Positions 46,740-57,292 are shown, numbered from the stretch's first letter. The stretch: DNA of 64,000 bases from Nannocystis bainbridge (GCF_028368995.1 NZ_JAQNDL010000001.1:992001-1056000); one strand, 5' to 3'. Notes: generated by a model not told the origin, from the sequence alone. Translations and numbers: made by a program.

Positions 46740-47786
46740 ATGCGTCGCACGTGGACGGGGTTGGGGCTCGGCGTGGCGCTGTTCGTCGCGCCGTGGGGCT
46801 ATGCGCGGGCGTGCTCGTGCGGGCGCGACATCGTCGGCGCCGGGCGCCTCTACCTCGGGGCCGGCGACGTGCTCCCGCCCGACGCGACCGGGTTCCCGTG
46901 GTTCGGCCCGGAGTCGCTCGTCGGCGCGCCCGAGCGCGTGAAGCTGGTGCGCATCGACGGCAAGCGACGGGTGCCGGTGAAGTTCACGATCGTCAAACAG
47001 AGCGAGATCGAATTCATCGTCCCGGCGCAGCGGCTCGAACCGGGCCAGATCTTCGAGGTCACGGTGCGCGAGAGCGACAGGGCCACCGACTCGCGGCAGT
47101 ACTGGCGCGACAAGAGCGAGCTGCCGCCGATCGACTTCACGACCCGCGTGACGATCGGCGCCGAGCCGCTGCGGCTCACCGGGGTCAGCCTGCGCGTCGG
47201 TGAGCCGACGAACGGGACCGCGAAGGTCGCCGCCTCCGGCTCGTGCTGGGAGGAGTTCGCCGCGGTCGAGAAGCCGCTCCGCGTCGAGCTGCCGCCGGAG
47301 CTCGAGCCGATGCGCGACTACCTGCTCTACACCACCAGCGTCGACGGCCTCACGTGGGACCACGCGCCCAGCCTGTGCGCCTCGATCGATCCGGGGCGCA
47401 CCTGGGCTGGCGAGGCCGGCACCGACAAGCTGTTCGCCGTCTGCGGCCCGCGCGACAAGCACGCGGTCGACGACACCAAGTTGCTCGGCAGACAGCGCCA
47501 GTTCCCGCAGCCGGGCCCGCACCGCGTCGAGGTCCGGGTGGCCACGCCCGACTACGCCCAGGTGCTCACGACGGCGGCGATCACGGTCGAATTCTCGTGC
47601 CCGGCGAAAGAGGCCGCGCCCGCCCAGCCGGCGGCGTCGACCCCCCCGCCGAGGCCGGCGAACGAGCCGGCCCAGCAGCCCGAGCCTCCCGCCCGCGAGG
47701 CGCGTGGCTGCGCGATCGGTGAGCCCGGGTTCGCGTGGGTCCTGGGCCTGCTGGGGCTCGGGCGTCGGCGTCGGCGTCGGCGCTGA
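46740..47786 (+). CDS. Secreted protein with MYXO-CTERM-like tail
   Basis: Signal peptide ending ARACSC; C-terminal GCAIG...hydrophobic...RRRRRRR. Confidence 0.85.
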   Translation: MRRTWTGLGLGVALFVAPWGYARACSCGRDIVGAGRLYLGAGDVLPPDATGFPWFGPESLVGAPERVKLVRIDGKRRVPVKFTIVKQSEIEFIVPAQRLEPGQIFEVTVRESDRATDSRQYWRDKSELPPIDFTTRVTIGAEPLRLTGVSLRVGEPTNGTAKVAASGSCWEEFAAVEKPLRVELPPELEPMRDYLLYTTSVDGLTWDHAPSLCASIDPGRTWAGEAGTDKLFAVCGPRDKHAVDDTKLLGRQRQFPQPGPHRVEVRVATPDYAQVLTTAAITVEFSCPAKEAAPAQPAASTPPPRPANEPAQQPEPPAREARGCAIGEPGFAWVLGLLGLGRRRRRRR

Positions 47787-47795
47787 GTCAAGACC

Positions 47796-47823
47796 TGGCC
47801 ATCACGACATGTCCCTCTGGACA
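47796..47823. repeat. 14-bp palindrome pair at a convergent gene junction
   Basis: TGGCCATCACGACA TGTCCCTCTGGACA followed by TGTTCC. Confidence 0.8.
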
Positions 47824-48320
47824 TGTTCCTCGCTAGCCCCGCCGGCCTGCGCGTCGGCGAGGCCGAGGAATTCGCGCAGCGCCACGGCCCTGGAGATCAG
47901 GTCGTCGGTGGTCGAGGTCGAGGTCAGCGGGTGACGCTCCTCGCCCAGCACGATCACGATGCGCGCCGTGCCGTCGTCGGTCTCGACCGCGACATCGGTG
48001 ATCGCCGCGCGCCGCAGCGTCCGCCGCTCGGGCGCGCGGCGCAGCCGGTGATACGTCAACACCACCTCGTCGCCCACGAGCGCGACCTCGACTCGAAGCA
48101 CCCACGTGGCGAGCCCGAGCCCGCCGAACGCGGCGCAGAAACCGGCGGTGATCAGGGTGCCGAACAGGTTGCGTATGGACGGCTCGGCGAAGAACTTCCC
48201 CACCGACACGAAGATCAGCGGGACGAGCACCAGGCCCACGAGCATGAACACCACGCTCGTCGAGCCGCGCTGCGGGTGCAGGGTGAGCACGCGCGGGGAC
48301 GTGGTCGCCAGCTCCGTCAT
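47802..48320 (-). CDS. Membrane protein with two TM segments and a PH-like C-terminus
   Basis: Two hydrophobic segments; ITDVAVE...RIVIVL...PLT. Confidence 0.7.
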   Translation of the reverse strand: MTELATTSPRVLTLHPQRGSTSVVFMLVGLVLVPLIFVSVGKFFAEPSIRNLFGTLITAGFCAAFGGLGLATWVLRVEVALVGDEVVLTYHRLRRAPERRTLRRAAITDVAVETDDGTARIVIVLGEERHPLTSTSTTDDLISRAVALREFLGLADAQAGGASEEHVQRDMS

Positions 48321-48514
48321 GGCCGCATGATGCCAGGCGTCGCGCCCCGGGCCGAGGATCGAACTCGCGCGAGCCTTCACGCGAGTTCGAGGGTTTCGCG
48401 ACCGTCGCCCGGCCTGCGGACGCGATGCCCCTCGCTGCCGGGCTGGTGTTATGCTGACGAGCCGAGCTCACCGTGATGGCGGCGCGTCAACACCTCTCGT
48501 ACGGTCCTCGTTCA

Positions 48515-49387
48515 ATGAAGACATCGTGGTTGTTCGTCCTCGTCGTCGGCGCGAGCTGCAGCAAGCCGCCGGGCGCCCCGCAGGAGACGACGGAAGACAC
48601 CGCGGCGACGGCGAGCGAGACGGGTGGCACGACCCAAGCGACCGCGTCGGACACGCTCGGCACGAGCACGAGCACGAGCACGACTTCATCCTCGACGGCC
48701 GGCCCCGAGCCCACCACGTCGAGCACGGGCGAGCCTCCTCGACCGCCCGAGGAGGTATGCGCACAAGCGAAGTCCCACGACGAGTGCGTCGCGCTGTGGC
48801 CCAGCGAAGAGCTGACGTGCATCTGGGGCGAGACGGTCGAGGTCGAGGTCGTCGACGGCGAATGCGTCCTCGGGACCGCCGAGACGCTCTGCGCCCCTGC
48901 GCCGGCGGGCGGCGGCCAGGGGTGCTTCGACCACGGCCCTTCGGAGTGCCTCGCGCCTGGCTTCGATCTCTATGTATATTTTAAAGAGACGCGCGGCGCG
49001 ACCTGGCTCTGGCATCAATTGCCGGGCGGCTGCGTCCCGCCGACGAATGCGGACTGGACCACATCGTGGACCGCTTGTCCTCCCGAGGAGTTCGAGGAAG
49101 TGCCGGACGTTGCTACTGCCTCTGCGGCGGTCTGCCCGACGACCCTGGCACCGGCCCCTGAGCCGCGCGGCCGTACGAGCCTATCCGACGACGCAATAAC
49201 ATTCGGGGTCTCCCCCGGCGTTGCCGCAGACCTCGCGGTGCTGCATGTCGAGGCCCAGGGCGTCCAGCTTCGCGTGAACGGCGGCTGCGTCGACACGTGC
49301 GAGCCATGCGCCTGGTGGCGACCGCCCGCGGCAGGAGGTGTCGCCCGCGGAGGTCGCCCGCGGTTATGGTTCGGGGAGCGAGTATAA
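48515..49387 (+). CDS. Cys-rich lipoprotein; C-terminal third possibly degenerate or chimeric
   Basis: VGASC lipobox, Thr linker; codon usage becomes AT-richer after about 48960. Confidence 0.6.
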   Translation: MKTSWLFVLVVGASCSKPPGAPQETTEDTAATASETGGTTQATASDTLGTSTSTSTTSSSTAGPEPTTSSTGEPPRPPEEVCAQAKSHDECVALWPSEELTCIWGETVEVEVVDGECVLGTAETLCAPAPAGGGQGCFDHGPSECLAPGFDLYVYFKETRGATWLWHQLPGGCVPPTNADWTTSWTACPPEEFEEVPDVATASAAVCPTTLAPAPEPRGRTSLSDDAITFGVSPGVAADLAVLHVEAQGVQLRVNGGCVDTCEPCAWWRPPAAGGVARGGRPRLWFGERV

Positions 49388-49501
49388 AACCTCGTCGCGC
49401 GGGCCGGCGAGAGGGCGCTGTGCCCCGCCTGGCCGAGAAATTCCGCGCCCCGGCAATTTTTCCGCCGGCTGCGGCGACTCCAGCTCCGGACGGTGACGCT
49501 C

Positions 49502-49963
49502 ATGCCCCAGACCTTCCTACCGCGGCGCTTCCGGTACGCCGCCGCGCTCGCCCTCTCCCTCGCCTGCGACAGCGGCTACAGCCTCCAGATCGTCATCGAG
49601 ATCCCCGACGACATCGTCGCCCGGTACGACGAGGAACAGCGCGGGGTCCTCTACGTCGAAGTTCGCCCGCAGGGCTTCGACCCGGTGTACCGCGCCGCCG
49701 CGGTGGTCTGCGGCGAGACGACGACCTACCGCCTCGACAACTACGGCGACGGTGAAGTCCCGAACACCGGGATTCTCGCCTGGATCGAGCCCGTGACCGG
49801 CGGCGGCGAGTGCGGCCCGAACGCGGACACCCAGTGGATGACCTCGGAGGGTAAGAAGGTCTACCCCGACGCCGAGGAGCCGCAGGCCGAGGCGATGATC
49901 CAGGAGACTTCCAGCTGCAATCACAGCGAGGACGTCGAGCTCGTGATCGACGACCTCGAGTGA
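49502..49963 (+). CDS. Hypothetical lipoprotein
   Basis: LSLAC lipobox; acidic mature domain. Confidence 0.7.
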   Translation: MPQTFLPRRFRYAAALALSLACDSGYSLQIVIEIPDDIVARYDEEQRGVLYVEVRPQGFDPVYRAAAVVCGETTTYRLDNYGDGEVPNTGILAWIEPVTGGGECGPNADTQWMTSEGKKVYPDAEEPQAEAMIQETSSCNHSEDVELVIDDLE

Positions 49964-49981
49964 CGTCCTCGCTCGCCTCGC

Positions 49982-52354
49982 TCAGCCCGGCGGGCGCGGG
50001 CACTTGCCTGTGCCCGACGCGCGGTTGTTGTCGACCCGGCACTCGTGCCACGCGTGCATCGGCATCGCGTCGTCGACGACCACCCACACCACCGAGCTGC
50101 CGTCGACGATCCCCGGCGGCGGGTTCGGCAGCAGCAGCACGACCTCCTCGGCCTCGGCGGGGTACAGCACCTTCGTCGTCACCGCCGACCCGAGCGGCAC
50201 CCCGGCGTTGTCGGGGTCGCCCTCGAAGAAATACACCGGCACGCCGACCGGCACCGACGCCGCGCCGATGTTGCGGACCCGCGCGGTCAGCCCGTAGGCC
50301 TCGGGCGCGCACTGCAGGCGCAGGTCGACGATCAGGTCGGGCGCCGCGAACTCGCCCTCGGGCTGGACGTTCTGGCGGAAGTTGTTGAGCCCCGGCACCT
50401 TCCAGTTGGTCGCCTCGACCTTCGGGGTGACGCCGCTCTCCTCGGTGTTGGTCACGTGATACGTGTGTTGATTCCACACCCGGCGGGTCCGCACCCAGCT
50501 GCCGAGGCTGTCGCCGAAGATGCGCACCCCGGTCTGCTGGGTCCCGTCGCAGGTGATGCCCGAATAATCATTCGACACGGCGACGATGTCCGCGTGCCCG
50601 TCGCCGTCGACGTCGGCGACCAGCGGGTACTCGACCAGCGTGCCGGTGGTGTTGCAGGTGCTCCACAGCACCGTCCCGTCGCTGCCCTTGTAGACCCGCA
50701 GCGTCGTCTCGTCGGAGTAGATGACCTCGGCCGAGCCGTCGCCGTCGAAGTCGAACACCGACGAACCGGTCGCGGCCGATGAGCAGTCCTGGGTCTGCTT
50801 GATCCACAAGAAGGTGTCCGCGTCGGCCACGTTCGGGTCCATCAGCTTCTTGCCGTCGAACACCGCGTAGCCGACCCCGCCGGCGACCGCGACGTCGGGC
50901 GTGCCGTCGCCGTTGAAGTCGGCGATCGTCTGCGGGCCGCCGCCGACGGTGTTGCCGGCCGAGCCGGGCGGGCACAGGTCCGGCGACAGCGCGCCGTTGA
51001 TGTCGATGCCGGCGCGGATGATCTGGACCCCGTTCGCGGCCATCGGATCGTGGCGCCAGATGATCAGGTGGTGCGGCAGCAGGGCCCCGCCGTTGGCGAT
51101 CGTCGCCACCTCGGCCTTGCCATCGAGGTCGAGGTCGGCGACCGCGCTCCACGCCCCCTCGAGGCCGGTCGTCGCCATCACCCCGCCGGCCGCGTTGTAG
51201 GCGCCCTGGGCGTGCACGATGTCGAGCTGGCCGTCGCCGTCGAGGTCGGCGGCGGTGTTGACGTGCCCCGCGAGCATGGTCTCGATCGCGCCGGTCTTGC
51301 CGTCGAGCACGGCGCTCGGGGTCAGCACCTCGGGGTTGCCGTCCTGGTCGAGGTCGACGATCGAGACGAACACGCCCGAGCCCTGCGCCGGCGAGGTCCA
51401 CAGGATGCTGCCGTCGCCGCGGAAGGCGATGACCTTGCCGGTGGTGGTGGTGGCCAGGACCTCGTTGCCGGGCAGCCCGTCGATGTCCCCGCCCGCGAGC
51501 TCGCGCCCGGGCGCGATCGGGTCGACCGCGGCGTCGTTGTAGGTCCACTTCTCGACGATCTGGCCGTCGACGATCGAGATGACGCGGACCGTGCCGTTGT
51601 TGGTGTAGTCGCCGCCGTCGAAGGTGGAGAACACGATCTCGGGGATGTCGCGCTCGTCGACGATCTGGTCGCAGTTGTCGTCGTCGAGCTGGACGACGAT
51701 CGGCGTCATCATCACGTCGCCCTTGTCCCAGTGATACTTGACCACCGGCGTGAAGGTCCCGGGCGGCGGCTTGTACTCGCAGCTGGCGAGGCAGGTCGGC
51801 GGATCGCCGGGGTCCTGGCCGTCGAGGCAGATCGGCGGCGCCGGCAAGCACTTGCCGGTCGCCGGGGTCACGCCGCCCTGGCACATGCCGCCCATCATCT
51901 CCGGCTCGCCGAGCGAGTACTCGCAGTATTCGTCGTCGGTGCACTCGCTGGCGTCGATGCAGGGGGCGCCGGGGGTGACGCAGGTGTTGAACGAGCAGAA
52001 GCCGCCTTCGGGGCAGCAGGTGTCGCCGCAGGCCTGATCCTCGGTCGGGCAGCACTCGCCGCCGATGCATGTGCCGCCCTGGTCGGCGCAGTCGGCCGGA
52101 CACACCGGCTCCGCAGTGGTGCTGTCGGTGCCGTCCGAGTCGCTCGTCTTCGTGGTCGAGGTCGGCGTCGGCTCACCCGTGGTGTCGGTGACGCCGTCGG
52201 TGCCGGCCTCGGTCGGGCCCGCGGTGGCCTCGGTCGCGACGGTCATGGGCGAGGTCGAGGTGAGGTTCTCGGTGGCCGACTCGCGGGCATCGTCGCCGCA
52301 GGCCGCGCCGAGCGCGAGACCCCAGCACAGGAGCATCGTCGGGGTGGACTTCAT
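49982..52354 (-). CDS. FG-GAP repeat lipoprotein with Cys-rich region and C-terminal CARDB-like Ig domain
   Basis: LGAAC lipobox; D.DGDG repeats; SSVFDFDGDGSAE; W..TRRVWNQHTY; APDLIV...VRNIGA..VP. Confidence 0.9.
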   Translation of the reverse strand: MKSTPTMLLCWGLALGAACGDDARESATENLTSTSPMTVATEATAGPTEAGTDGVTDTTGEPTPTSTTKTSDSDGTDSTTAEPVCPADCADQGGTCIGGECCPTEDQACGDTCCPEGGFCSFNTCVTPGAPCIDASECTDDEYCEYSLGEPEMMGGMCQGGVTPATGKCLPAPPICLDGQDPGDPPTCLASCEYKPPPGTFTPVVKYHWDKGDVMMTPIVVQLDDDNCDQIVDERDIPEIVFSTFDGGDYTNNGTVRVISIVDGQIVEKWTYNDAAVDPIAPGRELAGGDIDGLPGNEVLATTTTGKVIAFRGDGSILWTSPAQGSGVFVSIVDLDQDGNPEVLTPSAVLDGKTGAIETMLAGHVNTAADLDGDGQLDIVHAQGAYNAAGGVMATTGLEGAWSAVADLDLDGKAEVATIANGGALLPHHLIIWRHDPMAANGVQIIRAGIDINGALSPDLCPPGSAGNTVGGGPQTIADFNGDGTPDVAVAGGVGYAVFDGKKLMDPNVADADTFLWIKQTQDCSSAATGSSVFDFDGDGSAEVIYSDETTLRVYKGSDGTVLWSTCNTTGTLVEYPLVADVDGDGHADIVAVSNDYSGITCDGTQQTGVRIFGDSLGSWVRTRRVWNQHTYHVTNTEESGVTPKVEATNWKVPGLNNFRQNVQPEGEFAAPDLIVDLRLQCAPEAYGLTARVRNIGAASVPVGVPVYFFEGDPDNAGVPLGSAVTTKVLYPAEAEEVVLLLPNPPPGIVDGSSVVWVVVDDAMPMHAWHECRVDNNRASGTGKCPRPPG

Positions 52355-52513
52355 CCCGGCGAGGGTAACGAAGCCCGCCGGCCGACGATAGCGCGAGGCC
52401 GACGCGATCGCGTCTGCGCAGGCAATCGCGCGCAGCGTCCGCGCATGACGCCCGCGTGAACACGCGCGTGTTCGCGGCCTGCGAACCCGCGCGCGTTCGT
52501 CGATGCGATCGGC

Positions 52514-53056
52514 TCAGCCGCGCGGCGGGGCCGTCCAGGATGGGTCGAGCGTGGTGCACGGCGACTGCAGGTCACCCTGGATCGGCTGCGCGTGGAGCTT
52601 GGTGCACTCCTCGCGCGTCGAGAAGCAGAAGGTCCTGCCCGTGTCGCCGCGGTAGATCGTGTAGCACGTGACCTCCTTGTGCTCCTTGCAGGCGCCGAGG
52701 ATGTCCATGCCCTTCTCCTTGGTGCGCTTCAGCTCGTCCGCGCAATACGGCTGGACCTCGTGACACGAGCTGGCCTGGTTGGACGAGCGCGTCATGTGCT
52801 CGAAGCAGAAGTACGGGGTGCCGGGTTGGTGGTTGAGGTCGCGCCCGTCGAAGATCGGCAGGCCGTCGGGACCCAGAGTGGGCTTGTTCGCCTTGATCTC
52901 GAAGGGAAACAGGCTGGCCGTGGTGGCCCGTGCGTCGGACACGCCCTTCGACCCCGCGGCCTCGAACGCGGCGGCGGTCACCGGGGGCGACGTGATGGTT
53001 CTCTGGGGAAAGCAGGCAGCAAGCAGGCACGTGGCGAGGCACACCATTCGAGTCAT
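52514..53056 (-). CDS. Cys-rich lipoprotein with two short internal repeats
   Basis: LLAAC lipobox; FCF...SCH...YC and TCY...FCF...EC repeat pattern. Confidence 0.7.
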   Translation of the reverse strand: MTRMVCLATCLLAACFPQRTITSPPVTAAAFEAAGSKGVSDARATTASLFPFEIKANKPTLGPDGLPIFDGRDLNHQPGTPYFCFEHMTRSSNQASSCHEVQPYCADELKRTKEKGMDILGACKEHKEVTCYTIYRGDTGRTFCFSTREECTKLHAQPIQGDLQSPCTTLDPSWTAPPRG

Positions 53057-53113
53057 GACGGTCGGTCTCCTGGGCTCGCAGGGACCGGACACAGGCAGTT
53101 CGGGAATGTCGCG

Positions 53114-54628
53114 TCAACGGTCGCACTCGGCGGCGACCCGCGCGAGTTCGAGCGCCGGCGTGGTCGCGCGGAGCTTCGCCAGCACGCCGGCCTGCTCGCG
53201 CGCCGCGGCGCAATCACCGATGCCGGCGAAGCACTGGATCGCGTTCATGGCGAACTTCTCGGCGTCCTCTGGCGTGCCGGCGAGCGTCGTGACCCACGTC
53301 GCGCGGTCAGCACAGGCCGCCGGTGAACGCCCGCGCTTGCCTTGCCCGAGCGCCCGATCGGCGCGCTCCTCGGGGATGTCGCCGTCGGCCGGGCAATAGT
53401 CGAAGACCGTGCTCGCGGCCGCGGCCCGGACCGCGGGCGACAGCATGGCGACCCCCGCCTTGCAGCGCCCGGCCAGCATCTCGCAGATCGCTCGGTGCCC
53501 CTCGTACTTCTCCTTGTCGATGGCGACGAGCCCGGTGACCACGACGGCGCACCGGTCGGCGTCGTTTTCATGCATGGCCTCGGTCCAGGCGACCAGGAGC
53601 GTCGATTCGTCGGCGCCGGCAACCTCCGGCGCGACGACCTCCGGCTCGGCGACGACCGGCGGAGCCACCGGCCACGCGAGCACGGCGATCGCTGCGATCG
53701 CGGCGAGGCCGAGCCCGGCCGCGGCGAGCCGCCAGCGCCGCTGCGGCGCCTCGAGAGCCGACGCGAGATCGGCGACGCGATCGAAGCGATCGTTCGGCCG
53801 CACGGCGATGGCGCGCGCCAGCACCTCGCGCGCAGCGGCAGGGATCGTCCGCGGCAGCGCGGCCGCGGCGGTGCCCGCAGGCACGACCGTGCCCGCGACC
53901 GCGTGGATCATCGCCATCGCCAACCCGAACTGATCGGCGCGCACGTCGATCGGCGCGCCGGCGGCCTGCTCGGGCGCCATGAACCCGGGCGTGCCGCCGA
54001 GCGCCGCGGTGCCGTCGCCGACGAGCCCGAAGTCACCGAGCCGCGCGCGCCCGTCGCGACCGACGAACACGTTGGCGGGCTTGACGTCGCGGTGCAGCAG
54101 CCCGCGGGCGTGCACCGCCACGAGCCCGCGCGCGACCTGCAGGTAGAGCGCCTGGACCTGCGGCCAGGTCGGCCGCGTGCGCCGGCACCACACGTCGGCA
54201 GGATCGCCGTCGACGAGCTCGGTGACGAGGCAGACCCCGCGCTCGCTGTCGACGACGTCGTGGAGGGTGAGGATGTGCGGGTCGGCGAGCAGCGCGAGGC
54301 CGCGGGCCTCGGCCAGCAAGCGCGCACGCGCGAGCGGACGATCGGGTCGCACGATCTTGACGGCGACGCGGCGCGCCAGCAGCGGATCGAACGCCTCGAG
54401 CACGAGGCCCATGCCGCCGCTGCCGAGCGGCCCGGCGAGCTCGTAGCGGCCGATCGTCGCGGTCGCAGCGGCGGCTTCGTCCGGCGCGACCAGCCTGGCC
54501 AGCTCGGCCACGATCGCGGCGCACGCCGGGCAGCCGGCGATGTGCAGCTCGAGCGCCCCGCGCTCGTCCTCGACCAGCGCCCCCTCGACGAGGGCCGCGA
54601 TCGTCTCGTCGCTCGGGCAGGTCGTCAC
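53114..54628 (-). CDS. Ser/Thr protein kinase with N-terminal zinc anti-sigma (zf-HC2) domain and TM segment
   Basis: HIAGCPAC; GSGGMG.V, VAVK, HRDVKPAN, DFGL, GTPGFMAPEQ. Confidence 0.92.
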   Translation of the reverse strand: MTTCPSDETIAALVEGALVEDERGALELHIAGCPACAAIVAELARLVAPDEAAAATATIGRYELAGPLGSGGMGLVLEAFDPLLARRVAVKIVRPDRPLARARLLAEARGLALLADPHILTLHDVVDSERGVCLVTELVDGDPADVWCRRTRPTWPQVQALYLQVARGLVAVHARGLLHRDVKPANVFVGRDGRARLGDFGLVGDGTAALGGTPGFMAPEQAAGAPIDVRADQFGLAMAMIHAVAGTVVPAGTAAAALPRTIPAAAREVLARAIAVRPNDRFDRVADLASALEAPQRRWRLAAAGLGLAAIAAIAVLAWPVAPPVVAEPEVVAPEVAGADESTLLVAWTEAMHENDADRCAVVVTGLVAIDKEKYEGHRAICEMLAGRCKAGVAMLSPAVRAAAASTVFDYCPADGDIPEERADRALGQGKRGRSPAACADRATWVTTLAGTPEDAEKFAMNAIQCFAGIGDCAAAREQAGVLAKLRATTPALELARVAAECDR

Positions 54629-55368
54629 GCCCCGGTCTCCGCGAGCAGGCGCGACAGCGTGACCTCGACCTGGCCGTCGACCTCGCGCTGCAGCGACGCG
54701 AGCTCGTCGTCGTCGAGCGCGAGCGACGACTTGAGCCCGGCGATCGTGCGCTCGATCAGCCGCTCGCGCGCCCTGGCCAGCCGACGCGCCGCGGTGGCGC
54801 GGTGGATCCCGAGCGCCACCCCGAGCTGATCGATCGTCAATCGATGCACGACCCCGAGGCGGAGCACCGCGCGCTCGGACCGGTCGAGCGCGCCCACGGC
54901 CGCGGTCAGGGCAGCGCGGAAGGCCTCGCGGTACTCCGCCCGGAGGAACCTCAGCTCGATGTCGTCACCGCCGTCGACGAGCTCGGCGAGGCCACCGGTC
55001 GAGGCCGCCGGTCGCGCCGGATCGTGCCCGCGCTGGGCGTTGAGGCAGATCCGCAGGGCGGCGACGCGCAGCCAGTTTTCGAAGTGACCGCGTCCCGTGT
55101 ACTGGGCGATCCGCGGCGGCGCGCCGGTCAGCAGGCGCTCGCGGATCCGCTGCCGCAGCTCGTCGGCGTGCTGCGGATCGGTGGCGAAGCGGGCCGTCAC
55201 CGTCCGCAGCACCGGGCCGAACTTCGCCTCGAAGGTGGCGATCGCTTTGGCATCACCGGCGGCGCACGCCGTGGCCAGCGCGAGGTCCCCCGCGTGTTCG
55301 TCGACCGCTCCCATGGCTGCCACGAGCCTAGACTCCGCGCGCGGAGAAGTCGAAGGATCGCCCGTCAT
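54625..55368 (-). CDS. Myxobacterial ECF-type sigma factor, kinase-coupled
   Basis: DLALATACAAGD..A...F, Y.GRG....WLRVAA.R, LTIDQLG...GIHRATAARRLARAR; ATGA overlaps on both sides. Confidence 0.88.
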   Translation of the reverse strand: MTGDPSTSPRAESRLVAAMGAVDEHAGDLALATACAAGDAKAIATFEAKFGPVLRTVTARFATDPQHADELRQRIRERLLTGAPPRIAQYTGRGHFENWLRVAALRICLNAQRGHDPARPAASTGGLAELVDGGDDIELRFLRAEYREAFRAALTAAVGALDRSERAVLRLGVVHRLTIDQLGVALGIHRATAARRLARARERLIERTIAGLKSSLALDDDELASLQREVDGQVEVTLSRLLAETGA

Positions 55369-57206
55369 CGCCGCCGGCCACGGCGACGCAGCAGCCCCGC
55401 CGCCACGAACACCACCAGCCAGCCGGAGCGACCGTCGCCGTCGCTGGCGCAGCCGCAGCCGCTGCTGTCGGTCATGCCCGGGCCGGTGGCGCTGCCCGCC
55501 GAGTCGTCGCCGCTGCTGCCGTCCGACGAGCCGCCCTCGGTGGCCGGACCGGTGGTCGGACCGGTGGTCGGCGCCCCGCCGGTGGTCCCGGATGCGCCGG
55601 TCATGTCGTCGCCGGTCGTCGCCGTGGAGTCGCCGCCGGTGCCGTCGTCGCTGGTCGTGCCCGGGTCCTCGCTCGCCTCATACGCCTGATCGACCGCGCA
55701 GGCGGTGTTGCCACGGGGGTCCTCTGCACATACGCGAAAGACCACGGTCCCACGCGCGGGCGGGAGGACCACGCGGAACAGATCGCCGCCCATGAAGGTG
55801 GCGTCGACCTCGGTGGCGGCGCCCTCCGGGTCGATCACCGCATAAGCGCGAGCGAGCCGCGGGCCCTCGTCGGTGACGGTGCGATCGCTGACGGCGAAGC
55901 GGACCACGGGGGCGGCGTCGAAATCGACCGGGCCGGCGACCGTCTCGACGGCGAGCAGCTTCGGCGGCTGGGCGTCGATCGGGTCGCCATCCCCGGCCAA
56001 ATAGACCTCGTCGGCGCTGCTGCACTCGCCCTGGCCGGTGACGAGGTCGAGGCGGCCGTCGCCGTCGAGGTCGCCGAACTCGGCCCACAGGCTGCAATCG
56101 GTCGGTCCGGGGAACACCCCGGGCATGCTCGTGAAGTGGCCGGCGCCGTCGTTGATCAGGGTGCGCTCGGGGCTGGACAGCGAGACGACGACCGCGTCGA
56201 AGTCGCCGTCGTCGTCGATGTCGGCGCACACGACCCCGTTGTCGTCGCTGCCGCTGTCATTGCCGGTCACGCGCGCGGCGGTCTCGTCGGTGAAGCCGCC
56301 GGCGCCGTCGTTGATCAGCAGCTGCTCGTTGTAACCACCGCCGATGTTGTCGATCCAGACGTCGAGGTCGCCGTCGCCGTCGACGTCGCAGACGCCCGGG
56401 TTGTAATGAAAGCCGCTGTTGCCCGCCGGCGGGAACTCGGCGGCGGTGAAGCCACCGGCGCCGTCGTTTTTCCACAAGTTGCCGCCGCCGTCCGCGTGAG
56501 GGTTGACGAGCACGTCGAGGTCGAAGTCGCGGTCGACGTCGAGGAGGTCGAAGTCGTCGACCTCCTCGCCCTGCAGCGCGGCCGGCAGCGCGCCGTCGAT
56601 CTCCTCGAATTGGCCGCTGCCGTCGTTGCGGTAGAGCCGGGCGAACCGGGCCGCGCCGGCGCCCTGCGAGTAGCCGTCGCCGGCGAGGATGTCGAGGTCA
56701 CCGTCGCTGTCGAAGTCACCCATGCGGGCCGCGCCGCCCTGCGGGAACGAGCCGGCCGGCAGGCGCCCCGCGGCCTCGTCGACGAACACGCCGGCGCCGT
56801 CGTTGATGAAGAGGACGTGCGGGCCGCCGGCGCCGTCGGGCGCGTAGAGGTCGAGGTCACCGTCGCCGTCGATGTCGCCGACAGCGACCTGGCGGTGGTT
56901 GCCGGCATGATCGGCGACGGCGGCGGCCGACTCGTTGCTGAACCCGGCCACGCCGTTGTTGAGGTAGACGACCAGCGGCTCCGGCTCGTCGGCGCCGGCG
57001 AAAAAGTCGGGGTAGTTGACGAGCAGGATGTCGAGGTCGCCGTCGCCGTCGACGTCGGTGACGCGCAGGTAATTGGTCCAGCAGCCCTGGCCCTGGCACG
57101 CCTGCGGATCGAGGGCGCCGGGGACGAGCTGGTAGGCCGAGGCCGAGGTCGAGCCCAGGGCCGCGAGGCCGGCGGTGAAGGCAAGGGTGATTCGCGTCAA
57201 GGTCAT
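55365..57206 (-). CDS. FG-GAP/VCBS repeat protein with MYXO-CTERM
   Basis: Seven D.DGDGDLD repeats; tail SGCGCA...LVVFVAAGLLRRRGRRR. Confidence 0.9.
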   Translation of the reverse strand: MTLTRITLAFTAGLAALGSTSASAYQLVPGALDPQACQGQGCWTNYLRVTDVDGDGDLDILLVNYPDFFAGADEPEPLVVYLNNGVAGFSNESAAAVADHAGNHRQVAVGDIDGDGDLDLYAPDGAGGPHVLFINDGAGVFVDEAAGRLPAGSFPQGGAARMGDFDSDGDLDILAGDGYSQGAGAARFARLYRNDGSGQFEEIDGALPAALQGEEVDDFDLLDVDRDFDLDVLVNPHADGGGNLWKNDGAGGFTAAEFPPAGNSGFHYNPGVCDVDGDGDLDVWIDNIGGGYNEQLLINDGAGGFTDETAARVTGNDSGSDDNGVVCADIDDDGDFDAVVVSLSSPERTLINDGAGHFTSMPGVFPGPTDCSLWAEFGDLDGDGRLDLVTGQGECSSADEVYLAGDGDPIDAQPPKLLAVETVAGPVDFDAAPVVRFAVSDRTVTDEGPRLARAYAVIDPEGAATEVDATFMGGDLFRVVLPPARGTVVFRVCAEDPRGNTACAVDQAYEASEDPGTTSDDGTGGDSTATTGDDMTGASGTTGGAPTTGPTTGPATEGGSSDGSSGDDSAGSATGPGMTDSSGCGCASDGDGRSGWLVVFVAAGLLRRRGRRR

Positions 57207-57292
57207 GCCTCGTGGTTCAAGCGGCCGCAGTGGAGCACGAATCTCCGACAGTGTGGATCGGGCCCGCTCGCGCCGGCCGCCGCGCCGCGAGG

